Under the pieces are notes generated by a model. That model was not told the DNA's origin and did not search any database. It worked only from the letters and a program-made list of their open reading frames with translations. From an uncultured Desulfovibrio sp. (GTDB lineage Bacteria > Desulfobacterota > Desulfovibrionia > Desulfovibrionales > Desulfovibrionaceae), in contig USCL01000001.1 in the NCBI GenBank assembly GCA_900553145.1, positions 1 through 61,788 of the forward strand: 61,788 bases of DNA, written 5' to 3'. Positions 20,497 through 29,353 of the stretch are shown piece by piece. How positions within the stretch are numbered: position 1 is the first letter of the stretch; each line of letters begins with the position of its first letter. Position numbers and translations under genes: made by a program.

Positions 20497-23172
20497 ATGA
20501 AACTCTCGTTCCGATATGCGATTGCCGCCATCGTCATGGCCGGCGCGCTTTTCCTCCTGTCTCCGACGCTTATGCCGGAAGACGTCAATATGCCGGGCGC
20601 TTCCCGGATCAGCCTGGGCCTCGATCTCAAAGGCGGCGTTCAGCTTACCCTGGGCGTGGATACGGACAAAGCCGTTCAGTCCGCCCTCATCAACAGCGGG
20701 CAAGTACTGCGCCAGAAAGCCCGTGAAGCCGGGATCACCGTCCTCGGGCCCCGTCAGATGCCCGGCGGCGTTCAGGAACTCATCATCGCCCGAGCCAATC
20801 AGGTCGACGCGTTTCTGGCCCTCGCCAAGAAGGACGCCCCGCAAGTCGTGCCCGGGACGCCCCGGGCCGGTTCCGACGGTGCCGTCCACCTGCCGTACTC
20901 GTTCACTCCCGCCTTCGTTAAGCAGACGCAGGATCTGGCCGTGGATCAGGTGCTGCGCACCATTTCCAGCCGCATCGACCAATTCGGCGTGGCCGAACCG
21001 GATATCCGCAAGCAGCAGGGCGACCGCATCCTCATCCAGCTTCCCGGCCTGACCAACGTCAACCGCGCCGTCCAGCTCGTCGAGAAGTCCGCCGACCTGT
21101 CCTTCCATCTCGTCCGCGACGATATTTCTCAGGGCTATCTGCCCCCCGGCGTCGCCTTCTACCCCATGACGGGCAAGCACGGCGAAGCGACCAACGCCAA
21201 GCTGGCGCTCGACACCACGCCGCTTCTGAGCGGCAAGGAAGTGGCCGACGCCCGCCCCGGGTTCGACAACAAGAACACCTCGATGGTCAGCCTGTCGTTT
21301 ACGCCGCGCGGCGCGGCCCTGTTTGAAATGGCCACCGGCGAACACGTCGGCAAGCGCCTCGCCATCGTACTGGACGGGACCATCCACAGCGCGCCGGTCA
21401 TTCAGGAAAAGATCGCGGGCGGCACGGCCAGCATCAGCGGCCAGTTCACGCCCGAAGAGGCGCAGGACCTCGCCATTTCCCTGCGCTCCGGCTCCCTCGC
21501 GGCCCCCGTCCATGTGCTTGAACAGCGCACGGTAGGCCCCGCCCTCGGCGAAGCGTCCATCACCAGCGGCATCCTCGCCGCCCTCATCGGGACGCTGGCG
21601 GTCATGATCATCATGCCCCTGCGCTACGGCTGGTCCGGCATGCTCGCCAACGGCATGCTCCTCTGCACCCTCAGCCTGCTCATGGGCGGCATGGCCGCGC
21701 TCGGCGCGACCCTGACCCTGCCGGGCATCGCGGGCGTCGTGCTGACCATCGGCATGGCCGTGGACGCGAACGTCCTCATCTTTGAACGAATACGCGAGGA
21801 GCTGGCGCTCGGCCTGACGCCTCCCAAAGCCATCAAGGCGGGGTTTGAGCGCGCCAACCTTTCCATCGTGGACTCCAACCTGACGACGATCATCGTCGCG
21901 GCCATCCTGTACCAGTTCGGGACCGGCCCGGTACGCGGTTTCGCCGTCACCCTGACCCTCGGCATCATCGCTTCCATGTTCTCGGCGATCTTCCTCTGCC
22001 GCATCGCTTTCGACGCATGGATGAAGCATACGGACGGCACGCGCCTCAGCATGCACGGCCCCATGGAACTGCGCGCCATCTCGGGTTACCTGTCCCACTT
22101 CCCCTTCCTCAAGCGCGTAAAGCACGTGGGCGTGTTGACGCTTCTGCTTGTGATGGTGGCGGTCGCCGTAGGCACGTGGCGCGGCGGCCTCCAGTACGGC
22201 GTCGACTTCTCGGGCGGCGTCGCGGCGCAGGTCAGGTTCGAGCATCCCGTTTCGGACAAGCAGCTTATCGGCGCGCTTGATCCCATGCACCTCGAAGGCC
22301 TGATGACCCAGCAGTACGGCGACAACAATTCCGTTTGGCTGCTCCGTTTCGGCCTGCCCGACATGCCCGCGCAACAGCTCGGCGAAGCGTTGCTCACACA
22401 CCTCCAAACCGTGGATGATGGCGGAACGGTTTCCTTGGATCGTCTGGAAACGGTCGGCCCCAAGGTCGGCAAAGACCTCCGCAGTTCGGCTTTGGAAGCC
22501 GTCTACTACGCGCTGCTCCTGATCACCGTGTATATTTCGGGCCGTTTCGAACAGCGTTGGGGCACGGCCGCCCTGCTCGCCGGATCGCTTACGGCCACGA
22601 TGCTCGCCCTCCAATGGATGGGAGTGCCTACGGAAGGCCGCATCCTTGCGGCGCTGATCCTGACCCTCTTCCTGTGCTGGCGGTTCCGGCTCTCCTTTGC
22701 GGCGGGGGCGATGGCCAGCCTGATATTCGACGTCACGACGACTACCAGCCTGCTGGTCATCCTCGGGCAGGAAATCGATCTGAATATCGTAGCGGCGATT
22801 TTGACCATCATCGGCTATTCGCTGAACGATACCATTGTGATTTACGACCGGATCCGTGAAACCCTGCGGCGGGAGAACCCCGACTCGCCGCGCCCGCTGC
22901 CCGAGATCATTCAGGAAGCGCTTGGCGACACCATGAGCCGTACCCTGCTGACCGCAGGCACGACGCTCGTGGCGGCCCTCGCCCTGTTCCTGCTCGGCGG
23001 CCCGGTTATCTACGGCTTCGCGTTGACCATGCTTATCGGTGTTTTCATGGGAACCATTTCCTCCCTGTTCGTCGCAGCGCCAATGCTCCCCCTGTTTGGC
23101 GATACGACATCGTTCAAGACGGCCGTTACCCTAGGCGTCTTTGAGCGTCCCGGCGAACACGGTGTGGTGTGA
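20497..23172 (+). CDS. secDF: Fused protein translocase subunit SecDF
   Basis: SecD motifs LGLDLKGG, RIDQFGVAEP and GMAVDANVLIFERIREE, then SecF motifs GVDFSGG, VGPKVG and GYSLNDTIVIYDRIRE, all in one ORF. Confidence 0.95.
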   Translation: MKLSFRYAIAAIVMAGALFLLSPTLMPEDVNMPGASRISLGLDLKGGVQLTLGVDTDKAVQSALINSGQVLRQKAREAGITVLGPRQMPGGVQELIIARANQVDAFLALAKKDAPQVVPGTPRAGSDGAVHLPYSFTPAFVKQTQDLAVDQVLRTISSRIDQFGVAEPDIRKQQGDRILIQLPGLTNVNRAVQLVEKSADLSFHLVRDDISQGYLPPGVAFYPMTGKHGEATNAKLALDTTPLLSGKEVADARPGFDNKNTSMVSLSFTPRGAALFEMATGEHVGKRLAIVLDGTIHSAPVIQEKIAGGTASISGQFTPEEAQDLAISLRSGSLAAPVHVLEQRTVGPALGEASITSGILAALIGTLAVMIIMPLRYGWSGMLANGMLLCTLSLLMGGMAALGATLTLPGIAGVVLTIGMAVDANVLIFERIREELALGLTPPKAIKAGFERANLSIVDSNLTTIIVAAILYQFGTGPVRGFAVTLTLGIIASMFSAIFLCRIAFDAWMKHTDGTRLSMHGPMELRAISGYLSHFPFLKRVKHVGVLTLLLVMVAVAVGTWRGGLQYGVDFSGGVAAQVRFEHPVSDKQLIGALDPMHLEGLMTQQYGDNNSVWLLRFGLPDMPAQQLGEALLTHLQTVDDGGTVSLDRLETVGPKVGKDLRSSALEAVYYALLLITVYISGRFEQRWGTAALLAGSLTATMLALQWMGVPTEGRILAALILTLFLCWRFRLSFAAGAMASLIFDVTTTTSLLVILGQEIDLNIVAAILTIIGYSLNDTIVIYDRIRETLRRENPDSPRPLPEIIQEALGDTMSRTLLTAGTTLVAALALFLLGGPVIYGFALTMLIGVFMGTISSLFVAAPMLPLFGDTTSFKTAVTLGVFERPGEHGVV

Positions 23173-23486
23173 TGGCGGGAATTCTCCTCTCCCCGCCTCG
23201 TTTCCATGAACATGGGAACATCGACGCTCCCCTGTCGGTGTTCCCGGAGGACAGGATTCACCCCCTGAGATTCCGTCCTCCAAAGACGACGCGTCGGGCG
23301 TTTTACGGCCGCCCGGCGGGTTATGCAAACGCGGATTCCGGGTTTTCTCCTCCACCCGGGCTCACCTCCTTTCCCCTGTGAAGGTGACCGCGTTCGGGCA
23401 GCATCCATCCCCCTGAGGATGTCGCCCCTCTCCCCGAACGGCGTCGGCACTCCCTCCTCAGTGCCGGCGCCGCTTCTTTTGGAAAA

Positions 23487-23574
23487 TGGGGAGGGGAGGG
23501 CCTTTCTTCAGAAAGCCCCTCCCTCCCAAAACCCCACCCATCCTTCCCCAAAGACGTTCATCCTTATCGAATCC
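23487..23574 (+). repeat. Palindromic intergenic repeat (subtype B)
   Basis: GGGAGGGGAGGGCCTTTCTTCAGAAAGCCCCTCCCTCCC hairpin plus a tail matching the reverse complement of 3960-4051. Confidence 0.85.
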
Positions 23575-23930
23575 CTCTTGAAGGGCATACGGGAAAAAGG
23601 GAAGCGGGCTTTGGGACAGGCGGCTTGAAGCACGGAACGGCGATGTCGCATGAACAAAACGAAGATTGAACCCCATTTTACCGTGGCAGGATTCACAAGG
23701 CATGCTTTGTATAGACAGGGGAAGCGCATTGAGGCGAAACCCGTCGCATGGGCGGAGGCGATCAAGGATTGTGGAACGGGGAAAGGCAAGCGATGGGCAC
23801 AGGCTGCCGTCCAATAAAGAAAGCAAGCGGAAGGACAGGCTCACCCCTTCCAATCGCTCTGGCCTTGAGATACGTTCCATCCCGTGCCGGATGTGCTATC
23901 CGGCTGAAAAGGTTCATCCGGAGACGCATC

Positions 23931-24755
23931 ATGTCCGCATTCACGCCGCCAGCCCTGCACGGCATCATCGGTTACCCTCTCGGGCACAGCATGAGCCCGC
24001 TCATGCACAACACGGCCTTCAAGGCATTGGAGCTGCCCGGCGTCTATCTTTCGTGGCCTGTTGAGCCGGGGCGGCTTCCCGCCTTTACGGATGCCGTCCG
24101 GCTGCTGGATATCCGGGGCTGCTCCATCACCATCCCTCATAAAATCGACATCCTCCCGCTTCTGGACGAATCAAGCGAAGGCGTGAAAGAGATGGGGGCC
24201 TGCAACACCATTTACCGCAAAGGCGAAAAAATCTGCGGTGAAAATACCGACGTGATCGGGTTCATGGCCCCGTTGCAAAAGCATCGCCCATCCCCTGAAA
24301 CCCGCGTGCTCGTGCTTGGAGCCGGGGGCGTTTCACGGGCGGCCATTGCGGGGCTGCGGAGGCTCGGCCTCACAGACATTACCGTCACCAACCGCCGGAA
24401 GGAACGCGCGGAGGCCCTTTGCGACGAATTCGGTTTGGCGTCCGCTCCGTGGGAAGAGCGTGGCGACGTCCCGGCTGGCCTCATCATCAACACGACGTCG
24501 CTCGGCATGGCCGGAGCCCAAGAGCATGAAACGCCCTACCCTCCGGTCTTTCGCGGGGATGGCATCGCCTACGATCTGGTCTACACGCCATTCCATACCC
24601 GCTTCCTGCTCGACGCCGCAGCAGCAGGCTGGAAAACCATCTCCGGCCTCGACATGTTCATCGGGCAGGGAGACGCACAATTCCATCTCTGGACGGGCCG
24701 CCACCTCCCGGAGGAAGCCATACGGGCGGTGACCTCCGCGCTTTACGGGCAATAA
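23931..24755 (+). CDS. aroE: Shikimate dehydrogenase
   Basis: GYPLGHSMSPLMHN, TIPHK, GACNT, ENTD, LGAGG, TNR and YDLVY motifs. Confidence 0.95.
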   Translation: MSAFTPPALHGIIGYPLGHSMSPLMHNTAFKALELPGVYLSWPVEPGRLPAFTDAVRLLDIRGCSITIPHKIDILPLLDESSEGVKEMGACNTIYRKGEKICGENTDVIGFMAPLQKHRPSPETRVLVLGAGGVSRAAIAGLRRLGLTDITVTNRRKERAEALCDEFGLASAPWEERGDVPAGLIINTTSLGMAGAQEHETPYPPVFRGDGIAYDLVYTPFHTRFLLDAAAAGWKTISGLDMFIGQGDAQFHLWTGRHLPEEAIRAVTSALYGQ

Positions 24756-24860
24756 GGGCCTGCTGCCTCCTCTCTCCTCAAATCAGTTTCTCAAAAAAAT
24801 ACGGCGGAAAGCATCATCTTTCCGCCGTATTCCCTTTCTCGCCGAGCATTGCGCAACGGT

Positions 24861-24960
24861 GACTTCCGCCGCGCCGCCTTCCCACCAGCCGAAAATCTTT
24901 GGGATGGGAAGTGGGGAGGTTTGGAGGGGGAAGGGCTTTCTTCAGAAAGCCCTTCCCCCA
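24861..24960 (-). repeat. Palindromic intergenic repeat (subtype A)
   Basis: GGGGAAGGGCTTTC-TTCA-GAAAGCCCTTCCCC hairpin; the tail matches 1-85 and 56518-56605. Confidence 0.85.
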
Positions 24961-24965
24961 GTTTT

Positions 24966-25988
24966 TCATCCATCCAGCGCCGACATCACCCATTCAGGAG
25001 TAATGGCCCGCATACAGGCATGGTTGCGGTCACAGTGCTTCTTGCCGTGCAGCGTACAGGGGCGGCAATCCAGCTTTGCTTCCAATACGCGATCCTTTGG
25101 GCCCGCCGGGAAAAAGCCCCACTCTTCCGTCGTGGGCCCGAACAGGGCCAACACAGGCGTACCGACCGCTCCCGCGAGGTGCATCGGGCCGGAGTCTCCC
25201 GTGATCAGCACTGACGAAGCCCGCAACAGCGCGCATGTCTCGCGCAGGGACGTGCGGTTGGTAAAATCGCGGGATGCGGGGATGCCTTCGATGCCGGTTC
25301 CCCGCCCGATGACGATCCACGGGATGCCGCGTGCTTCGAACATCTCCATAAGCTGGCGCCAGTACACCTCGTTCCATGCCTTATCGGGGTGTGTGGCATA
25401 CGGGTGCAGGGCTATGGGCGGGATGCCCGCCTTGTCTGGAAGCGGCTCCAACAGACGCCGCCCCTGCCCGATCTCCTCGTCGGAAAGCCAGATGTGCGGC
25501 AACAGCGCGGAACGGGGCGGGGGCGTAGGCTCCACGGCAAGAGCATAGCGCTGCGGGACGTTCCACAGCCGGAGCTTATCCCGGAACAGCCGCCCTTTGC
25601 TCCGCAGGAACAAGCGGCGCTCAAGGCCAAGCTTGCGATAACGCCTTACAGGGCCTTGCCATAGCAGGGAAAGCAAACGGGTACGCAAGGTTCCGTGCAG
25701 ATCAAGCAAGCCTTTTCCGGCATGGGCTTCCGCCAGATCCCGGAAAACGCCAAGCAGGCGCGGGAACCTCAGTTCTTCCTTGGTAAGGCCAACGACGGCG
25801 CGCACAGCCGGATGCCCTTCCAAAACAGGGACAAAGGCCTCACGGGTAATGACCGTAAACGTCCAGCCGTGCGTGCGGTGCCAGTATTCGAGAACTCCAG
25901 TGGTCAAGGCCACATCGCCGAGAGCGCTCAGACGGATTACGACCCACTCAATAGGGGCAGAGGCAGCATGAAAAGATGAAGTTGTCAT
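24966..25988 (-). CDS. Glycosyltransferase family 9 (LPS heptosyltransferase-like)
   Basis: RLSALGDV, DLHG, ITGDSGPMHLA and LFGPT motifs, C-terminal CRPC...C. Confidence 0.92.
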   Translation of the reverse strand: MTTSSFHAASAPIEWVVIRLSALGDVALTTGVLEYWHRTHGWTFTVITREAFVPVLEGHPAVRAVVGLTKEELRFPRLLGVFRDLAEAHAGKGLLDLHGTLRTRLLSLLWQGPVRRYRKLGLERRLFLRSKGRLFRDKLRLWNVPQRYALAVEPTPPPRSALLPHIWLSDEEIGQGRRLLEPLPDKAGIPPIALHPYATHPDKAWNEVYWRQLMEMFEARGIPWIVIGRGTGIEGIPASRDFTNRTSLRETCALLRASSVLITGDSGPMHLAGAVGTPVLALFGPTTEEWGFFPAGPKDRVLEAKLDCRPCTLHGKKHCDRNHACMRAITPEWVMSALDG

Positions 25989-26137
25989 GCACGAAAACTA
26001 TCAGCCGCTCCCTCAAAAGAAAAGGATTTCCCCGCGGGGCCATGCGAAGAACGCTTTCCCGGAGAGCCGCGGCAAAGGATTTTGGCCCGCTCCCTCTTGC
26101 TCTTTGTGCCGTGATCCGATACAAGTTCTGGCTGGAC

Positions 26138-26231
26138 GGAGAGGTAGCGAAGTGGCCGTAACGCGCTCGACTCGAAATCGAGTTACCGGTGATGAGCTGG
26201 TACGTGGGTTCGAATCCCACCCTCTCCGCCA
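26138..26231 (+). tRNA. tRNA-Ser (anticodon CGA)
   Basis: GGAGAGG/CCTCTCC acceptor stem, CTCGA-CTCGAAA-TCGAG anticodon arm, long variable arm, GGTTCGAATCC T-loop, encoded CCA. Confidence 0.96.
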
Positions 26232-26264
26232 CTTGGAAACTCCAAGACATCCGATGAAATCCTG

Positions 26265-26299
26265 AAAGCCCTTGAACCTGAACAGGTTGAGGGCTTTTT
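26265..26299 (+). terminator. Intrinsic terminator after tRNA-Ser
   Basis: AAAGCCCTTGAACCTG-AA-CAGGTTGAGGGCTTTTT. Confidence 0.7.
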
Positions 26300-26768
26300 A
26301 AGTGTTCGCCGTTCGGAAAGCCTTTCCCCTGAAAAAAGAGCTCTCTTTGATGCCCTCCGCCGCATACTGGTTTCCCGGACCTGTTGCGTTTCCGTTTTCA
26401 CTTCGCATCAAGAAGAATTCTTAAAATTTTCTGATACCGAATCCACGGAACAGACTCCTCATTACTCACTGTATATGTCCAATAAGCAAAGGGTATAAAT
26501 CCTTTTATTATGCCTTTTCTCGTGATTGTATGCATTCATTTGAAGTGCAGTATGTAATGTTCTGCAAACCATTCTTTTTATATAATTCAAAATCACGATA
26601 CAATACATCTTCATCAGAAAAGTTAGATGGAATTGTATAAATAGAACATATGGATGATGCAGTGTGAAAAACTGTTGCAGTGGGCGGAAGGAAACCTTTT
26701 CTTGGATAGGATGAACCAAGAAACGTTGAGAGCATGGGCAATGGCATTGTGAAAAAAAGAAAAAGCTA

Positions 26769-26797
26769 TTGACAGAATGGCTGTCTTATTGTATTCA
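26769..26797 (+). promoter_or_regulatory. Putative sigma-70 promoter for the riboswitch-DUF47-pit transcript
   Basis: Perfect TTGACA, 17-nt spacer, TATTCA; an A-tract lies upstream and the riboswitch starts about 9 nt downstream. Confidence 0.55.
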
Positions 26798-26805
26798 TAA
26801 AGAAA

Positions 26806-26910
26806 GTGTAAGGGGAGTAGCTGGGTCCTTGAGACCCCGGTAACGTCAACAGCATGGCTTTGCGGCCTGGCGTTACCATCAAGTTTTTGCTTGATAAGTG
26901 AGACCTTCAC
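26806..26910 (+). ncRNA. yybP-ykoY (Mn2+-sensing) riboswitch aptamer
   Basis: Hallmark AAGGGGAGTAG ... CGTCAACA ... GAGACCTT; four-way junction with P1 GTGTAAGG/CCTTCAC, P2 GGGTC/GACCC, P3 GGTAACGTC/GGCGTTACC and P4 ATCAAG/CTTGAT. Confidence 0.85.
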
Positions 26911-26939
26911 GGCAGTCGTCTGCCGTGAAGGTCTTTTTT
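26901..26939 (+). terminator. Riboswitch expression-platform terminator
   Basis: AGACCTTCACGGCAG-TCGT-CTGCCGTGAAGGTCT-TTTTT; the 5' arm overlaps the aptamer P1 3' strand. Confidence 0.85.
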
Positions 26940-27030
26940 ATTAGGCATCGCCTCACATTCTGCCCACTTTCAGCGGCTGTTCAGGGATACCCGTCCCTGT
27001 TTTTCCATACTCAACCGTTAGGACAGAAGA

Positions 27031-27660
27031 ATGTTTGCACGCTTTTTGCCTCAGACCGTCCCTTTTTTTGAACTTCTGGAACAGCAGAATGCCCTTCTGC
27101 AAGACATGGCGGAGGCGCTCGCCGCCGTCATGAACAACACGGAAGCCTCGGAACGCCATCTGAAGCGGATCAACCTGCTGGAAGAAGAGGCGGATCGGAT
27201 CTATCGGAGCATCACGCAACACCTCTCCCAGACCTTCATCACTCCCATCGATCGCGAGGACATCCACGCGATCAACATGGCCCAGGAGCGGGTAGCGGAC
27301 AAGATACAGCATCTTGCCAACCGTTTTTTTGTTTCCGGGTTCATGTACCAGCGTTTTCCGGCTCAGATGATCACGGAAAGGATCCGGGGCATGCTGGGCG
27401 ACACGAAATCCATGCTTGATGAAATCTCCAAGAAAAAAGAGGTGTCCGCGTACATCCATACGCTCAAATCCCGGAAATCCGACTGCGAAATGTTCCAGTC
27501 GACCGGGCTTGCGGAGCTGATGGACAGCGAAATCGAAACGTTTGAACGCGTCAGGGAGCTCATCCTCTGGGGGCAGGTCTATGATCGCATGGAACGCACG
27601 GTCGATGCGGTATCGGATCTCGCCGACACACTTGAGGAGGTCGCGCTGAAGTATGTTTGA
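27031..27660 (+). CDS. DUF47 family Pit accessory protein (PhoU-like)
   Basis: LEEEAD, TFITPIDREDI and EEVALKY patterns; overlaps the pit start. Confidence 0.92.
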   Translation: MFARFLPQTVPFFELLEQQNALLQDMAEALAAVMNNTEASERHLKRINLLEEEADRIYRSITQHLSQTFITPIDREDIHAINMAQERVADKIQHLANRFFVSGFMYQRFPAQMITERIRGMLGDTKSMLDEISKKKEVSAYIHTLKSRKSDCEMFQSTGLAELMDSEIETFERVRELILWGQVYDRMERTVDAVSDLADTLEEVALKYV

Positions 27661-28660
27661 AGTTTCCTTCCTCCTCATTCTGATCATCATCGTGGCGCTG
27701 ATCTTCGATTTCACCAACGGGGCCCACGATTGCGCCAACGCCATCGCCACCGTGGTTTCGACCAAGGTGCTGAGCCCCCGGACGGCCGTCATCATGGCGG
27801 CCACCCTCAATCTGCTCGGCGCGTTTCTGGGGACCAAGGTCGCCAACACGCTCGGCTCGGGCATTGTCCACCCGGATATTGTCGCAAACTGCCAGCCCCT
27901 GGTACTTGCGGCCCTGATCGGGGCGATCGGCTGGAACCTGTTCACATGGCACTTCGGCATCCCCTCCTCTTCCTCCCATGCGCTGATAGGCGGGCTCATG
28001 GGGGCCGCCGTGGCCTATGCCGGTTTTTCGTCCCTCAACGGGGGCTCCATCCTGACCAAGATCTTGCTGCCCCTGATCCTCTCCCCACTGGCCGGGTTCG
28101 GCATGGGGCTGCTGGTCATGTTCCTCATCATGTTCCTGTGCGCGAAATGCGCAAGGAACAAACTCAATACGGCATTCACACGGCTTCAAGTGCTCTCGGC
28201 GGCGTTCATGGCGACCAGCCACGGCATGAACGATGCGCAGAAGACCATGGGCGTCATCACCCTTGCCCTCTTCATTTTTAACGAAATCGAAACGATAGCC
28301 GTCCCCTTCTGGGTCAAGTGCCTTTGCGCCACTTTTATGGCGCTCGGCACGGCCATGGGCGGCTGGAAAATCGTCAAAACGATGGGGCACAAAATCTTCA
28401 AACTGGAGCCCGTCCACGGCTTCGCCAGCGAAACTTCGGCCGCGCTGGTCATCTCCGGCGCGTCCCTCCTCGGGGCGCCCATCAGCACGACCCATACGAT
28501 CACGGCCTGCATCTTCGGCGTGGGCTCGACCAAGCGCCTTACCGCCGTCCGCTGGGGGGTTGCGGGGCACCTTGTGATTGCATGGGTTCTTACCATTCCC
28601 GCTTCCGGGCTTCTCGCGGCCTCTTCCTTTTTCCTTTTGGCCGCTATGGGGATTGCCTAA
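27653..28660 (+). CDS. Inorganic phosphate transporter, PiT family
   Basis: NGAHDCANAIAT, GIPSSSSHALIGG, HGMNDAQKTMG and PISTTH signatures. Confidence 0.95.
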   Translation: MFEVSFLLILIIIVALIFDFTNGAHDCANAIATVVSTKVLSPRTAVIMAATLNLLGAFLGTKVANTLGSGIVHPDIVANCQPLVLAALIGAIGWNLFTWHFGIPSSSSHALIGGLMGAAVAYAGFSSLNGGSILTKILLPLILSPLAGFGMGLLVMFLIMFLCAKCARNKLNTAFTRLQVLSAAFMATSHGMNDAQKTMGVITLALFIFNEIETIAVPFWVKCLCATFMALGTAMGGWKIVKTMGHKIFKLEPVHGFASETSAALVISGASLLGAPISTTHTITACIFGVGSTKRLTAVRWGVAGHLVIAWVLTIPASGLLAASSFFLLAAMGIA

Positions 28661-28785
28661 CATACAATACTCTTTCAGTAGGAAAAATACTGCCCGACAA
28701 AATAATACAAAACCATATTGACATGTTTTCTTTTCAAGTTTAAAAATTCACTATACCATCACTATAATACCCAGTGAGCTATTGT

Positions 28786-29160
28786 ATGCCTATTTCATCA
28801 TTCACACAAAGATTCATGTGCACAGTTTTTGTGTTCACCATGATCTGTGGAGTATGGCAATATGCAGCAGTAGAGAATACTCTCTATTTCGAGGATAGAG
28901 AAACCTTCGTATCCGATGAAATCTGCGAATATGCCGTAACGCAGCGTATTGCAGAGCATAAGCGTCCACATTGTAATACGAATGCAAGCGGGCTGGAATC
29001 CCTCCTCCCGTTGCTTTCCATCCTGCTCGGTTTTCTCCTCTATGAACCCGTCGTCAGGAAGCTTCATCTTTGCCGCCCGCAAAATGATTTCCTTCCCAAA
29101 CTATGCGACTTCCACGGGATGCTCCCACTCCCGTTCGCACCTCCGCGCATCCTCCCTTAA
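28786..29160 (+). CDS. Small membrane/secreted hypothetical protein with Pro-rich tail (candidate regulatory uORF)
   Basis: N-terminal hydrophobic segment, Cys/His-rich middle, second hydrophobic stretch, C-terminus LPLPFAPPRILP; TTGACA at 28718-28723 upstream; start uncertain (GTG 28774 possible). Confidence 0.5.
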   Translation: MPISSFTQRFMCTVFVFTMICGVWQYAAVENTLYFEDRETFVSDEICEYAVTQRIAEHKRPHCNTNASGLESLLPLLSILLGFLLYEPVVRKLHLCRPQNDFLPKLCDFHGMLPLPFAPPRILP

Positions 29161-29353
29161 AGCCCCCCGTGCACGTATCGGAAGAGCCGCGCTCTTTCCT
29201 TCATGCTCCCGGGCACGCCTGATCAAAACAACGAGCCGCCTCCGGATACAAGAGGCCCGTCTCGCCCGTTCTGAGCGTGCCCCCGGTGAGGGGCTGGACT
29301 CATGCCTGAAACCATTTCGCATTACTCAAGAACATATTTCGGAGTTGAGGAAT

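Noticed and set aside
23169..23381. 70-aa ORF overlapping the secDF stop and containing FRPPK
   Set aside because: The motif is internal, there is no targeting signal and no closely following gene to regulate, so coding status is unsupported.
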